DNA of 64,000 nucleotides, taken from NCBI GenBank assembly GCA_946408925.1, contig CAMJUE010000003.1:14628-78627 (forward strand), given 5' to 3'. This document shows positions 52,820 to 62,706 of this stretch, piece by piece. The position numbers were made by a program, and so were the translations under genes. The stretch's first letter is position 1; every line of letters starts with the position of its first letter. The notes under the pieces were generated by a model that ran no database searches, had not been told where the DNA came from, and saw only the letters and a list, made by a program, of their open reading frames with translations. The stretch comes from an uncultured Methanobrevibacter sp. Its GTDB lineage: Archaea; Methanobacteriota; Methanobacteria; Methanobacteriales; Methanobacteriaceae.

Positions 52820-53614
52820 ATGAAAAAGGCTGTTGTATTTGATAATTCCGGAACATTAATTGAAAGATACAGAGTTATAAAGGATGTCTTTACCCAAGAA
52901 ATATTCACCAACATCAACTCTTTGGATTTAATCGACTCGGCTGATGCACTTGCCCTGGTAGTTCTTCAGTTCAATACAAATAAGCTATTGAATCTCGATC
53001 CTAACACTTTGATTTCACATGTAATTAAAGAGTATGGTATTGATTTTGATGTCAGCTTTTCAACCAGGCAGGTATCAAAGGCTGAAGTTAAAGAGATTCT
53101 TGACAGCGAAACTTCCACAACCATTTCAGACATTACCGACGGCTTCGAGGTTTTAGGCGAAAAGATTCCGCACTTTGAGCTGTGCAACGGATCTGCCTTG
53201 ATTGTAGATATGGATTTGGGTGCTGTGGCATATACAATAACTTCAGCCGGCAAATTTTTCCCAAGGGTTTTTGAAACTGTTGAAACCTTAAAGTCACGTG
53301 GAATCGAAATATTCATCGCTTCAGGTGACAGAAAAGGGGCAATCAATCGTTTGGCTAAAATGTTGGATGTGCCGGATGACAATGCCTATGGCACCGTTTC
53401 TACTAGAGGCAAATGTGAAGTTGTCTCCATATTGCAGGATGCAGGCTACAAGGTAATGATGGTCGGGGACGGTTTAAACGATGTTTTGGCTTTCAGAAAA
53501 GCTGATGTCAGTGTGCTGACCATTGAACAGCAGGAAGAGGTATCTCCCAAGCTGATGGATAAAACCGACCATATTATCGAGGATATTTTTGAAGTCACAA
53601 TGATAGATTTCTAA
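52820..53614 (+). CDS. HAD-family hydrolase (soluble P-type ATPase-like)
   Basis: FDNSGTL, ASGDR, K, MVGDGLND.LA. Confidence 0.85.
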   Translation: MKKAVVFDNSGTLIERYRVIKDVFTQEIFTNINSLDLIDSADALALVVLQFNTNKLLNLDPNTLISHVIKEYGIDFDVSFSTRQVSKAEVKEILDSETSTTISDITDGFEVLGEKIPHFELCNGSALIVDMDLGAVAYTITSAGKFFPRVFETVETLKSRGIEIFIASGDRKGAINRLAKMLDVPDDNAYGTVSTRGKCEVVSILQDAGYKVMMVGDGLNDVLAFRKADVSVLTIEQQEEVSPKLMDKTDHIIEDIFEVTMIDF

Positions 53615-54186
53615 TTTAGGGATATGACTCTCATATCATTTAATCTTATTCTGGAACCTTTTTTATATGTATTTTCAAAATTCATCTCATCTAAATCATC
53701 TTTTGTAAGGCCATATTCATCCAATACATATTCCAAATCCTCTTCATCATCGATGACTTCCATTATTTCATCAAATACAAAAGGACCCCCAATATCATCA
53801 CGGGGATTATACTTTCCCTTATAATCTGTAATAAGGGCGGTTTTGTTTTTATAATCTGTTTTTTCAAGTTTATGGACAATTATTTCCCAGCCGTCTCCAA
53901 AGTCATATTCATATACTAGAATATCATGTTTTTCAAGGAGTTTGCTGATTTTAGTTCTTAAAAAATCTCCATGCTCTATTATCTCAACGATGCTGTTTAA
54001 ATCCACTGCTTCCTCTTCTGGAATCTCTTCAGGCACTTTGAACTCTGAGATATGATACCCTTTAAATCCAAATATCTTTTTGATGGTATAATCCAGTTGA
54101 AAAAAGGTTACATCATCTGGAATTTCAATTTCACGCCAGGTTTCCGTATTTGTGTATAGTAGTAATCTGATTTTATAGCCGCTCAT
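53611..54186 (-). CDS. plasmid pRiA4b ORF-3 family protein
   Basis: WR.I.IP...TF..L...I...FG....H..EF, YEYDFGDGW, P.DD.GG. Confidence 0.8.
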   Translation of the reverse strand: MSGYKIRLLLYTNTETWREIEIPDDVTFFQLDYTIKKIFGFKGYHISEFKVPEEIPEEEAVDLNSIVEIIEHGDFLRTKISKLLEKHDILVYEYDFGDGWEIIVHKLEKTDYKNKTALITDYKGKYNPRDDIGGPFVFDEIMEVIDDEEDLEYVLDEYGLTKDDLDEMNFENTYKKGSRIRLNDMRVISLN

Positions 54187-54220
54187 ATTCTTTAATTTAT
54201 TGATGTTTTATTTATAATCT

Positions 54221-54317
54221 AACTTATCACTTATAACTTATAACTAAATTATTTGATGAAAACTTATAACTTATAACTAATAACATCCAAAAAAATAAAG
54301 AATAACTTATAAGTTAT
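54221..54317. repeat. AACTTAT heptamer array plus a 16-bp palindrome
   Basis: ACTTATAACTTATAACTAA at 54229-54247 and again at 54262-54280. ATAACTTATAAGTTAT at 54302-54317. Confidence 0.8.
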
Positions 54318-55020
54318 CAATCACTTTCTTGCTTTTAAGGATATTGTCCCAGTTGTTAAGCTCAATTATCGCCGTATCGATTCTTTTAAGCTGGTTCAGG
54401 TCAAGTGTACCTTCTCCCAGGGTGATATGCTGGTCCTTAAAACCGTCATTGTCATTCAGGTGACAATAGCTGATGTTTTTAAGGGAAAGCATCTCTTCAA
54501 GGTTTCCGCAGGTGTTGGCATGGCCGGTATCTATTGTTAGGCTGCAGCCGGTTTGCTCCTGTATCATTTCGATTTCCTCAACTGTGTTTCCTAAAAATTT
54601 TTGGTGAACAGGCATATTTTCAACTGATATTTCAACATTTGTGTTGTCGATTATCTCACCGACACTTTCAACTGCCAGTTCCAGTGCCCATTTTCTAAGT
54701 GGGGGATCGTTTCTTCCGATTATTCCGGGATGAACAGTGATATTGTTGGCGTTGATGCTTTCAGCATAATGTCCGCAGTGAATCATCTGCTTTACGCTTT
54801 CAGCCCTTATCCCCTTGTTTAGGCTTGCGATATTGATGTCTACTGTTGCCGCATGAATTCTCATGTCAAGGCCGCAATCCTTAAACTCGCCGTTGTCCTT
54901 TTCATAGAAAGGATCCTCTCCGAGAATTTCTATTATTTCAAATCCATGTTGTTTAGCTAAATTGATGATGTCATTGTTAGGTTCCATGAATAAAGCTAGT
55001 GTGGTAAAACCTAATTTCAT
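54307..55020 (-). CDS. sugar phosphate isomerase/epimerase (AP endonuclease 2 TIM barrel)
   Basis: HA...DINIAS, VHPG, VENMP, IDTGHA, HLNDN.G..DQH, IIE. Confidence 0.85.
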   Translation of the reverse strand: MKLGFTTLALFMEPNNDIINLAKQHGFEIIEILGEDPFYEKDNGEFKDCGLDMRIHAATVDINIASLNKGIRAESVKQMIHCGHYAESINANNITVHPGIIGRNDPPLRKWALELAVESVGEIIDNTNVEISVENMPVHQKFLGNTVEEIEMIQEQTGCSLTIDTGHANTCGNLEEMLSLKNISYCHLNDNDGFKDQHITLGEGTLDLNQLKRIDTAIIELNNWDNILKSKKVIDNL

Positions 55021-55058
55021 ATTTATATATTAGAAAAACCCATATAATAAATGTTAAC

Positions 55059-55079
55059 ATATATCAAAGTTTTACATAT
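55059..55079. promoter_or_regulatory. candidate PadR operator
   Basis: Imperfect inverted repeat ATATATCAAA-G-TTTTACATAT immediately upstream of the padR ATG. Confidence 0.35.
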
Positions 55080-55087
55080 GTGATATT

Positions 55088-55486
55088 ATGACAGATAAAG
55101 ATTTTGACGAAACTCAAAAAAAGCTCGTCAAGCATTTTTCCAATGGAATAACGCATAACCTGATTTTATGGATTATTTCAAAGGAGACAATTCATGGCTA
55201 CGGCATAATGAAAAAACTTAATGAGTTTTTCAGTTTTGAAGCAGAATGCGATATGACCGCAAGCTCAAGCAAGATATATCCGATTTTATCAAAAATGGAG
55301 AAAAAAGGATTGATAATGGGTGAGTGGGACATTAACGAAAACAATAAAAGAGTGAAATTTTATTCGATAACCGATGAGGGACAGTGTGTCCTGAAGGCTA
55401 TCAGAAATCATATGAATCAAGTCATATCAAATCCCAGATGGATGGAATTCTTTAAAGATATGACCGGTGCGGAGATTAACAAATGA
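55088..55486 (+). CDS. PadR family transcriptional regulator
   Basis: HGYGI, S.IYP.L..ME..GLI, K.YSIT.EG. Confidence 0.9.
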   Translation: MTDKDFDETQKKLVKHFSNGITHNLILWIISKETIHGYGIMKKLNEFFSFEAECDMTASSSKIYPILSKMEKKGLIMGEWDINENNKRVKFYSITDEGQCVLKAIRNHMNQVISNPRWMEFFKDMTGAEINK

Positions 55487-56529
55487 ATGCAATAGAGACT
55501 AAAAACCTTACGAAAATTTACGCAAACAACTTTAAGGCCGTAAACTCCCTGAACCTGGAAATTCCTAAAGGAAGTATTTTTGGAATGCTCGGTCCAAACG
55601 GAGCCGGCAAAACAACAACAATCAAAATGCTGACATGTCTGATACAGCCCACCTCCGGTACAGCAACCGTTGGAGGATATGATGTTTCAAAAAATCCCGA
55701 TGAGGTGAGAAACCTTCTGGGCATGGTTCCGCAGCAGGTAAGCTTATACAAGGACTTGACAGTTATGGAAAACTCCCAATTATGTGCCGATTACTACGGA
55801 GTTGCCCCGGATGAACGTGATTCACGAATTGAGGATTTGATGGAACTTGTGGATATCCGGTATGCAAAGGACAAAAGGGTTGGTCAGCTTTCAGGCGGAC
55901 AAAAGCAGAAGGCATCACTTGTGGCAAGTCTTGTCCACAGGCCGGATATTCTGTTTTTGGATGAGCCTACCATCGGCCTTGACCCGACCACCAAGCGCAC
56001 ATTATGGGATCTGATTAGGGAACTCAACGACAATGGCCATACAATCATTTTATGCTCACATGACATGCACGAGGTTGACATGCTTTGTGATTATGTGGGA
56101 ATCATCAATACCGGTAACCTTGTGGCCTACGATACTCCTCAGGGACTGAAGGATTCTCTTCTTGAATCCAACAGGCAGGATATAACCGAGGCATTGACCC
56201 ATATTTCAGATGAAAATGAGGTGTCAACTTCAACAAAAGAGGATTTGGAGAATTTAAGCTTAAAGAAAATGAGCGTACTTTTGAAAAATCAGAACGATGA
56301 CATTGTTGAAGCCATAAGGCAGTCAGATGATGTAAAAAGCATTGAGATAGCACGCAACGGCCGTATCAATTTAAGGGTTGACAGCTTTGATGATATGGCA
56401 GTGCAGAATGTATTGAACGATATAATATCTTCCGGAGGGATAATCACTTCAATCTATACCGAAGAGCCTTCCCTTGAAGATGTGTTTATCAAATCAACTT
56501 CAGAGGTGAGCGAAGATGATAGAGCCTAA
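55483..56529 (+). CDS. ABC exporter ATP-binding subunit (DrrA-like)
   Basis: GPNGAGKTT, LSGGQ, LFLDEPT.GLDP, SHDM, EPSLEDVF. Confidence 0.92.
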   Translation: MNAIETKNLTKIYANNFKAVNSLNLEIPKGSIFGMLGPNGAGKTTTIKMLTCLIQPTSGTATVGGYDVSKNPDEVRNLLGMVPQQVSLYKDLTVMENSQLCADYYGVAPDERDSRIEDLMELVDIRYAKDKRVGQLSGGQKQKASLVASLVHRPDILFLDEPTIGLDPTTKRTLWDLIRELNDNGHTIILCSHDMHEVDMLCDYVGIINTGNLVAYDTPQGLKDSLLESNRQDITEALTHISDENEVSTSTKEDLENLSLKKMSVLLKNQNDDIVEAIRQSDDVKSIEIARNGRINLRVDSFDDMAVQNVLNDIISSGGIITSIYTEEPSLEDVFIKSTSEVSEDDRA

Positions 56530-57670
56530 AAAATTCTGGTGGATGATTAAAAAGGAACTGATTTCACTTAAAAGGCACCCTGCAAGACTTGTTTCCATTC
56601 TTGCATTTCCTATAATTATGATTTTACTGTTCGGTTATGGTATGGGTGGTGAGATGACAGACCTTCCGATTGTTGTGGTTTCACAAAGCCACGGCGACCT
56701 GACAGACCTGACCTTGGATACCATCAAAAATACAGAAACATATCATGTGGTTGAGGTTGTTGACAGTATGGATGAGGGAAAGCAGCGCGTTGATTCGGCT
56801 GAGGTGAAGGCGGCCATTATTTTGCCTTCGGATTATGATGAGAACTCGTCCAGTCAAAAATCAGTAACGCTTTATCTTGATTCTTCAGATCAGATGGCAT
56901 CCCAGATTCTTGAATCCTCAACTCAGGCAATATTCTACAGGATTTCAAACATGGTGGCATCACAAACCAGTGTTTCAACAAAGGACGCTGATATTGAACC
57001 TTCCGTAATGCATTCCTTAAACAACTTCAAAGATGACATAAGCCTTCATATCAACCGTATTTACGGCAACATCAAATATATTGACTTTTTGGTTCCGGCA
57101 ATTCTCGGTATGACAATCATGATGAGCTGTATGATGGGAATGGGTGCAACCATTGCAGGTGAGCGTGAAACAGGTGAGCTTGCAAGATTGTTCATGACAC
57201 CGACATCTGTTGCAACGGTCATTGGCGGTAAGATTGCGGCAAAACTTTTGATTGAGCTTTTAAGGGCATTGATACTGATATTCATGGCGGTGTTATTTTT
57301 CAATGTCAGCATCAAGGGAGGATTTCTCCAGACATTTATAGTTCTTGTAATAGGGGCGCTGTGTTTTGTCGGATTTGGTATCATGCTTTCGGCAAGAACC
57401 TCCACCCAGGAGGATTATGCACAGATTTCCCTTCCGTTTTCAATGCCGATGATGTTTGTATCAGGAGTATTTTATCCGATTGAGACAATGCCGTGGATAT
57501 TACAGAAACTCGCATATGTTTTCCCATTGACATATCTTAACGATGCAATGAGGGGAATAATGCTTAAGGGTCAGACATTAGGTGATGTGTGGCTGGATTT
57601 GGTAGTGCTTTTAGGTTTTACATTACTCTTCTTCATAGTGGGTGTAAAACGATTTAACAGAGATGTTTAG
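56516..57670 (+). CDS. ABC-2 type permease
   Basis: Y.DFLVP, GERETG.L.RL..TP, SGVFYP...MP, PLTY. Confidence 0.9.
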   Translation: MIEPKKFWWMIKKELISLKRHPARLVSILAFPIIMILLFGYGMGGEMTDLPIVVVSQSHGDLTDLTLDTIKNTETYHVVEVVDSMDEGKQRVDSAEVKAAIILPSDYDENSSSQKSVTLYLDSSDQMASQILESSTQAIFYRISNMVASQTSVSTKDADIEPSVMHSLNNFKDDISLHINRIYGNIKYIDFLVPAILGMTIMMSCMMGMGATIAGERETGELARLFMTPTSVATVIGGKIAAKLLIELLRALILIFMAVLFFNVSIKGGFLQTFIVLVIGALCFVGFGIMLSARTSTQEDYAQISLPFSMPMMFVSGVFYPIETMPWILQKLAYVFPLTYLNDAMRGIMLKGQTLGDVWLDLVVLLGFTLLFFIVGVKRFNRDV

Positions 57671-57681
57671 GAGGTTTATAA

Positions 57682-58884
57682 ATGTATAAAAAATTACTGA
57701 TGGGATTAATCGTTGTGTTATTGTGCTTGTCACCAATTGCCGCTGAAAATTGGGATTCATTTCAGGGGGGTGTGGACCACACTGCCTTTAGGGATGGAAA
57801 TTCAGACTTTGTGACTAATCTGTGGACATTTAACATGGAATCTCCTATTCATTCATCTCCGGCAATATATAAGGACTATATCTATATAGTGTCTCCTGAA
57901 GGCATTTTAAAGGCTATTGACATGGAAACCGGTCTGGAAGAATGGGATTTGGATTTGGAATCTCCAACAAATTCATCACCTATGATCCATAACAACAGAT
58001 TGTACATCGGATGTGATGATGGCCTTAAGGCGGTCAACATCAACTCCCACAAGGTTGTTTGGGACTATGAATGCGACAATGTGGAATCAACTCCATTTTT
58101 CTATAAGGATGTGATTTACTTCGGAAGCGACAACGGACATTTATATGGCCTGAACAAAGACGGTAAGGTTGAATTCAACAAGAAACTTGGTGGAGAGCTT
58201 AAAACATCTCCGGTAGTTGTGGATGATACAATCTATATAGCTTCAACCGATGCCAAAATATACAGCATGGACACAGACAAGAGCAAAAACTGGGAATTTA
58301 CAGCAGGCGATGAAATACTCTCATCTCCGGCATATGTAAATGAAAGCGTTATTTTCGGTTCAAGCGACGGCAATGTGTATTGCCTGAACGAATCCGATGG
58401 TGATTTGATTTGGAAGAGTGACCTTAACAATAAGGTAATCTCCTCTCCAACAGTCGATGAGCATGACAACAGTGTTTACATCGGATCTGATGAGGGAAAC
58501 TTCACATGTCTTGACACCCGTGACGGAACAATCAAATGGAGCTTTTCTGCCGGTGATAAGGTCCGCTCAACAGCCGCATTAAAGGATAAGTTAGTTGCTT
58601 TCGGCTCAAACAATGGGAATTTATATGTTTTAAACAAATACACTGGTTTGCAGGAATTCAACTATAATCCGGGAACTATATTGTTCAACTCAGCTATTAC
58701 CTCCTCACCGGTAATTAACGGCAACAGCCTGTTTTTCGGTGATGAATCGGGATATCTATATTCCCTGAATATTGAAAAATATGAGGTTCCGGGTTCAGTT
58801 CAGCTGTACTATTCCATTGCTGTTTTAATTGTTTTGCTAATTGTTGTTGCGGTAGTTGTTATAAAGGTTAGGGGTAGAAAATAA
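57682..58884 (+). CDS. PQQ-like beta-propeller repeat surface protein with a C-terminal TM anchor
   Basis: Signal peptide, repeated SSP...Y.GS.DG..Y.L...G...W units, C-terminal TM + KVRGRK. Confidence 0.88.
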   Translation: MYKKLLMGLIVVLLCLSPIAAENWDSFQGGVDHTAFRDGNSDFVTNLWTFNMESPIHSSPAIYKDYIYIVSPEGILKAIDMETGLEEWDLDLESPTNSSPMIHNNRLYIGCDDGLKAVNINSHKVVWDYECDNVESTPFFYKDVIYFGSDNGHLYGLNKDGKVEFNKKLGGELKTSPVVVDDTIYIASTDAKIYSMDTDKSKNWEFTAGDEILSSPAYVNESVIFGSSDGNVYCLNESDGDLIWKSDLNNKVISSPTVDEHDNSVYIGSDEGNFTCLDTRDGTIKWSFSAGDKVRSTAALKDKLVAFGSNNGNLYVLNKYTGLQEFNYNPGTILFNSAITSSPVINGNSLFFGDESGYLYSLNIEKYEVPGSVQLYYSIAVLIVLLIVVAVVVIKVRGRK

Positions 58885-58902
58885 TCTGCCCTATTTTTTT
58901 TG
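58870..58902 (+). terminator. stop-spanning hairpin plus T-tract
   Basis: GGGTAGA-AAATAA-TCTGCCC followed by TATTTTTTTT. Confidence 0.5.
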
Positions 58903-58907
58903 GTGAT

Positions 58908-60440
58908 GTGATGCAGGATATTGAAACATTGAAAAGACAAAACATGAATCTTTCCGACAAGATTTACATTTTTGATACAACTTTAAGGGACGGTGAACAG
59001 ACACCGGGTGTTGCTCTTACGGTTGATGAAAAGATTCAGATTGCAACCAAACTCAATAATCTTGGTGTGGATAAGATTGAAGTCGGCTTTCCGGCATCTT
59101 CCCATGGCGAGATAAAGTCCGCACAGAAAATCAAATCATTGGGTTTGAAATCAACTCTTGTTGGTCTTGCAAGATCTCTGGATTGCGATGTCGATGCCAT
59201 TTTGGATGCCGATTTGGATTATGTCCATACATTTATCGGAACATCTCCTCTGCATCGTGACTATAAGTTGAAGATGTCCAAATCTGAAATTATTGAAAAT
59301 GCCTCAAAAACTGTGGAGTATGCTAAGGACCATGGTTTGACTGTGGAGTTTTCAGCCGAAGACGCCACAAGAACTGAAAGGGGATTTTTGCTTGACGTTT
59401 ACAGTGAAGTCATAAGTGCCGGGGCTGATTTTCTGGATGTTCCCGACACTGTCGGTGTGCTTACACCAATCCTGACTCGTGAACTGATTACAGATATTGT
59501 AAATAATTTCAAAATACCTGTCAGCGTGCATTTCCACAATGACTTTGGGCTTGCAACAGCCAATACTTTAACTGCTATTGAATGTGGAGCAAGCCAGGCC
59601 CATGTTACCGTCAACGGTTTGGGAGAGCGTACCGGTAACTGTTCACTTGAAGAGCTTGTCATGACTCTTAAGGCTTCCTACGGAATAGATTTGGGTTTGG
59701 ATACAACAAGATTATACAGTCTATCCACATTGGTCGGCCGCCTCACAGGTGTTAAGATGCCCGTTAACAAGCCGATTGTCGGTGCAAACGCATTTGCCCA
59801 TGAATCTGGAATACATGTTCACGGAATCCTTAACAATTCATCAACCTATGAGCCGATTTCACCTGAGATGGTTGGTCATACCAGAAAGATTGTTTTGGGA
59901 AAACACACCGGTGCAAACGCATTGAAATCCAAGCTTAAAGAGTATCATATAGATTTAAATGAAGATCAGTTTTACAAGGTCTTCAATGAAATCAAGTCTT
60001 TGGGTGACAGCGGAAAGGCCGTTACCGATGATGATTTGATTGCTATTGCAATAACTGAACTTGGTTCTGCACGTGAAACTCCTATCATCATGAAGGGCCT
60101 GAGCATCTCAATGGGGGCAAGCGTTTCTCCAACCGCAACAGTCAAGCTTGAAATCGATGGTGTTGAAAAAGAAACTGCTCATACAGGTGTTGGTCCTATT
60201 GATGCGGCCTTAAATGCAGTTCGTGAACTGGTTCAGGACACTATGGACATTGAACTGGAGGAATACAATCTCGAAGCTATCACAGGCGGTACCGATGCTT
60301 TGGCAGAGGTTTTTGTTATTAGTTCAGATTCCGATGGCAACAAATCCACCGGAAGGTCAACAAATCAGGACATTGTCATGGCAAGTATACTTGCAGTTTT
60401 GGATTCAATGAATAAATTGTTATTGATTAAACGGGCTTAA
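58908..60440 (+). CDS. leuA: 2-isopropylmalate synthase
   Basis: DTTLRDGEQ, GFP, HTFIGTSPLHR.YKL (LeuA-like rather than CimA), HFHND.G, GLGER.GN, HESGIH, C-terminal regulatory domain. Confidence 0.8.
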   Translation: MMQDIETLKRQNMNLSDKIYIFDTTLRDGEQTPGVALTVDEKIQIATKLNNLGVDKIEVGFPASSHGEIKSAQKIKSLGLKSTLVGLARSLDCDVDAILDADLDYVHTFIGTSPLHRDYKLKMSKSEIIENASKTVEYAKDHGLTVEFSAEDATRTERGFLLDVYSEVISAGADFLDVPDTVGVLTPILTRELITDIVNNFKIPVSVHFHNDFGLATANTLTAIECGASQAHVTVNGLGERTGNCSLEELVMTLKASYGIDLGLDTTRLYSLSTLVGRLTGVKMPVNKPIVGANAFAHESGIHVHGILNNSSTYEPISPEMVGHTRKIVLGKHTGANALKSKLKEYHIDLNEDQFYKVFNEIKSLGDSGKAVTDDDLIAIAITELGSARETPIIMKGLSISMGASVSPTATVKLEIDGVEKETAHTGVGPIDAALNAVRELVQDTMDIELEEYNLEAITGGTDALAEVFVISSDSDGNKSTGRSTNQDIVMASILAVLDSMNKLLLIKRA

Positions 60441-60638
60441 TTTTTAATAAAATTTCATTAATTTTCATTTTTTTTATTTATTTTTTAATTCTATTTTTTT
60501 TGTTTATTAATAATTTAATTATAGATACTTTTATTAACTGATTTTTTCATAATATATTTTATTGTTTAAATTTACATAAGTAAAATTATGTAAAATTTTA
60601 TATACATTGATAACAAAAATTAATATGGTGAGTTTAAT

Positions 60639-60914
60639 ATGGAGAATAATACAATTTTTGTAGGTAGCAAACCTGTTATGAATTATGTTTTAGCAGTTGT
60701 TACTCAATTCAATGAAGGATCTGACAGTGTACTTCTACGTGCTAGAGGTAAAGCTATTAGCAGAGCTGTCGATGCTGCTGAAATTGTAAGAAATAGGTTT
60801 GTTCCTGAAGCAGACGTTACAGATATTCAAATTTCTACTGAAGAAATTGAAAACTTTAACAACGAAAAAACTAATGTTTCTATTATAGAAATTTTAATTG
60901 AAAAGAGTGAATAA
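60639..60914 (+). CDS. albA: DNA/RNA-binding protein Alba
   Basis: [29 protein letters not shown]. Confidence 0.95.
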   Translation: MENNTIFVGSKPVMNYVLAVVTQFNEGSDSVLLRARGKAISRAVDAAEIVRNRFVPEADVTDIQISTEEIENFNNEKTNVSIIEILIEKSE

Positions 60915-60922
60915 ATCTCTTT

Positions 60923-61582
60923 TTAATCAAATTTCTTTAAAACATTTTTCTCAAAAAGGTACTTTGACAGGAGTATGTTTGAAGTTCCTTTTCCATGAGC
61001 CTCTACTTTTCCTTTTTTTATTGCTTTTAATACACTGTCTATGTCTTTTTCACAGTCAATTAGGCTGAAGCAGTCGCCGACGAATTTCCAGTAATGGGCA
61101 TCGCTTGCACCCAATGTTGGAATGTGTTCATTTTTTGCAAGATTTTTTGCCTTGTTGTTACAGTATCCGACAATAAATCTGGCATTTTTTGTTTCTATGG
61201 CATCGATTTTCAGGTCCCTGTAGTCACTTTTGCATAGAAGTCCGTGCCTGTAAAAACAGTATGGATGGGGCACTATTGCAAGACCCCCCAAATCATGAAT
61301 TCTGTCTATCGTATCTTGAGGTGATAGGTCACGAGGTATATTTTCCTCACACCCAAAACCAAGAATATGGCCTTGTGATGAAGAAATCTCTATTGATGGA
61401 ATCGCCAATATATCTGTGTTTCTTGTTTTTCTCATAACTTCACTTGTTCCGTCGACGGTATTGTGGTCGCTGATTGCAATGATGTCAATGTTTTCACGTC
61501 TTGCGGTGTCAAGAATGTCATCAATCTTTGAAAGTGAGTCAGGTGAATATTCGCTGTGTATATGGGAGTCCATCTTAAGCAT
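60923..61582 (-). CDS. PHP domain metal-dependent phosphoesterase
   Basis: D.HIHS.YS.D, SDHN, GH, PHP, SDAH. Confidence 0.88.
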   Translation of the reverse strand: MLKMDSHIHSEYSPDSLSKIDDILDTARRENIDIIAISDHNTVDGTSEVMRKTRNTDILAIPSIEISSSQGHILGFGCEENIPRDLSPQDTIDRIHDLGGLAIVPHPYCFYRHGLLCKSDYRDLKIDAIETKNARFIVGYCNNKAKNLAKNEHIPTLGASDAHYWKFVGDCFSLIDCEKDIDSVLKAIKKGKVEAHGKGTSNILLSKYLFEKNVLKKFD

Positions 61583-61583
61583 A

Positions 61584-62615
61584 TTATCTGCCCTGTATTG
61601 TCTTTATCAGTCCGACGGTTCCGGTCATCATCACATCCCCTCCCGGAGCGGCATGATGCCAGTCAAGGCAGGTCTTTTCAATCAGTTCCCTTTTAGGTCC
61701 GCTGACAATCACCTTCTCTATTTCTGATATCGGATTCAGCACATGTGCGCCGTGGCCATGGTCGTTATATACTTCCTCATTTGTTATTTCACCTGAAGCG
61801 AGGCGCTTTATGTATCGTTCAAGTGACTCGCCGGTAAGGCTTGATGTGTGATGTTCAAAGACACCCTGGATTTTGCCGTTCTCTATTGATGCTGCGGTGG
61901 TGTGGCCGTTTCCGATGTCAATCACAATGAAACTGTCAAGTTTCATGGCCACCTCATCATAGCACATTCCGGCTATTGAAGCGAATTTGGTATCCATCAC
62001 CAGAGGAATCTTTTTAACCCCTTCACTTCTCACCGTTCTTTTGACGGCCTGCATTCTTGTGTAGTATTCAGGCAAATCCTCCTTGAATCCGAACTCAAGA
62101 GGTGATATCGGTTCTGATATCTTTTCTCTGATTTTTTCAAATCTGAAGTCCCTGTCGCCCATGTTTTCATTGTATCCGTGATCCTGGACAGCTATGGCTA
62201 TTTCATCAAAGCCGAACTCCAGGTCATATCCAAGCAGAAAACCGTAAAGTTTTGTGAGATTTATGTCCTTTAGAAATATCTTTGAGTATTCCCTGTACTT
62301 TGTCATGTCATCGTCGATTTTGAATCCGAACGACTTCACCTGTTCAAGGTCATCCCTTATTGTCCTTGCGCATTTTGAATCCATCACAACATCATAGCCT
62401 TTTTCCATATGTTCAAGCAGGGTGTTTTTTATTTTTCCCCCTCCCATTATCTCTCCAGTAAGGTAGATGTCGTTGTCGGTATTTCTGATTTCCTGTGAAA
62501 CATATAGGTGCGGAGACGGCAGCACAAGCTTTATTGAATTTTCAAGTTCCTTTTCTGTGTCATATAACATCATGTCCTGTGTTCCGGTTCCCACATCAAT
62601 AGCTAAAATTCTCAT
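61584..62615 (-). CDS. DUF1786 family protein
   Basis: DVGTGTQD, PSP, AVQDHG, DIGNGHT, FEHHT, GHGA, PGGD.M.TG. Confidence 0.82.
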   Translation of the reverse strand: MRILAIDVGTGTQDMMLYDTEKELENSIKLVLPSPHLYVSQEIRNTDNDIYLTGEIMGGGKIKNTLLEHMEKGYDVVMDSKCARTIRDDLEQVKSFGFKIDDDMTKYREYSKIFLKDINLTKLYGFLLGYDLEFGFDEIAIAVQDHGYNENMGDRDFRFEKIREKISEPISPLEFGFKEDLPEYYTRMQAVKRTVRSEGVKKIPLVMDTKFASIAGMCYDEVAMKLDSFIVIDIGNGHTTAASIENGKIQGVFEHHTSSLTGESLERYIKRLASGEITNEEVYNDHGHGAHVLNPISEIEKVIVSGPKRELIEKTCLDWHHAAPGGDVMMTGTVGLIKTIQGR

Positions 62616-62706
62616 GATTAAAAATTGTCCTTTATAATATTAATATTTAAAGTGTACATTTTTGTACAACAAAGTTTTAAATAGTACATTATAGATACTT
62701 ATTAAC

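Noticed and set aside
53611-54186. pRiA4b ORF-3 gene as part of an IS element
   Set aside because: No transposase, terminal inverted repeats or target-site duplication are visible.
54221-54317. Heptamer array as a CRISPR remnant
   Set aside because: The units are 7-bp tandem repeats with only one 14-bp gap, there are no 30-40 bp unique spacers, and no cas genes are present.
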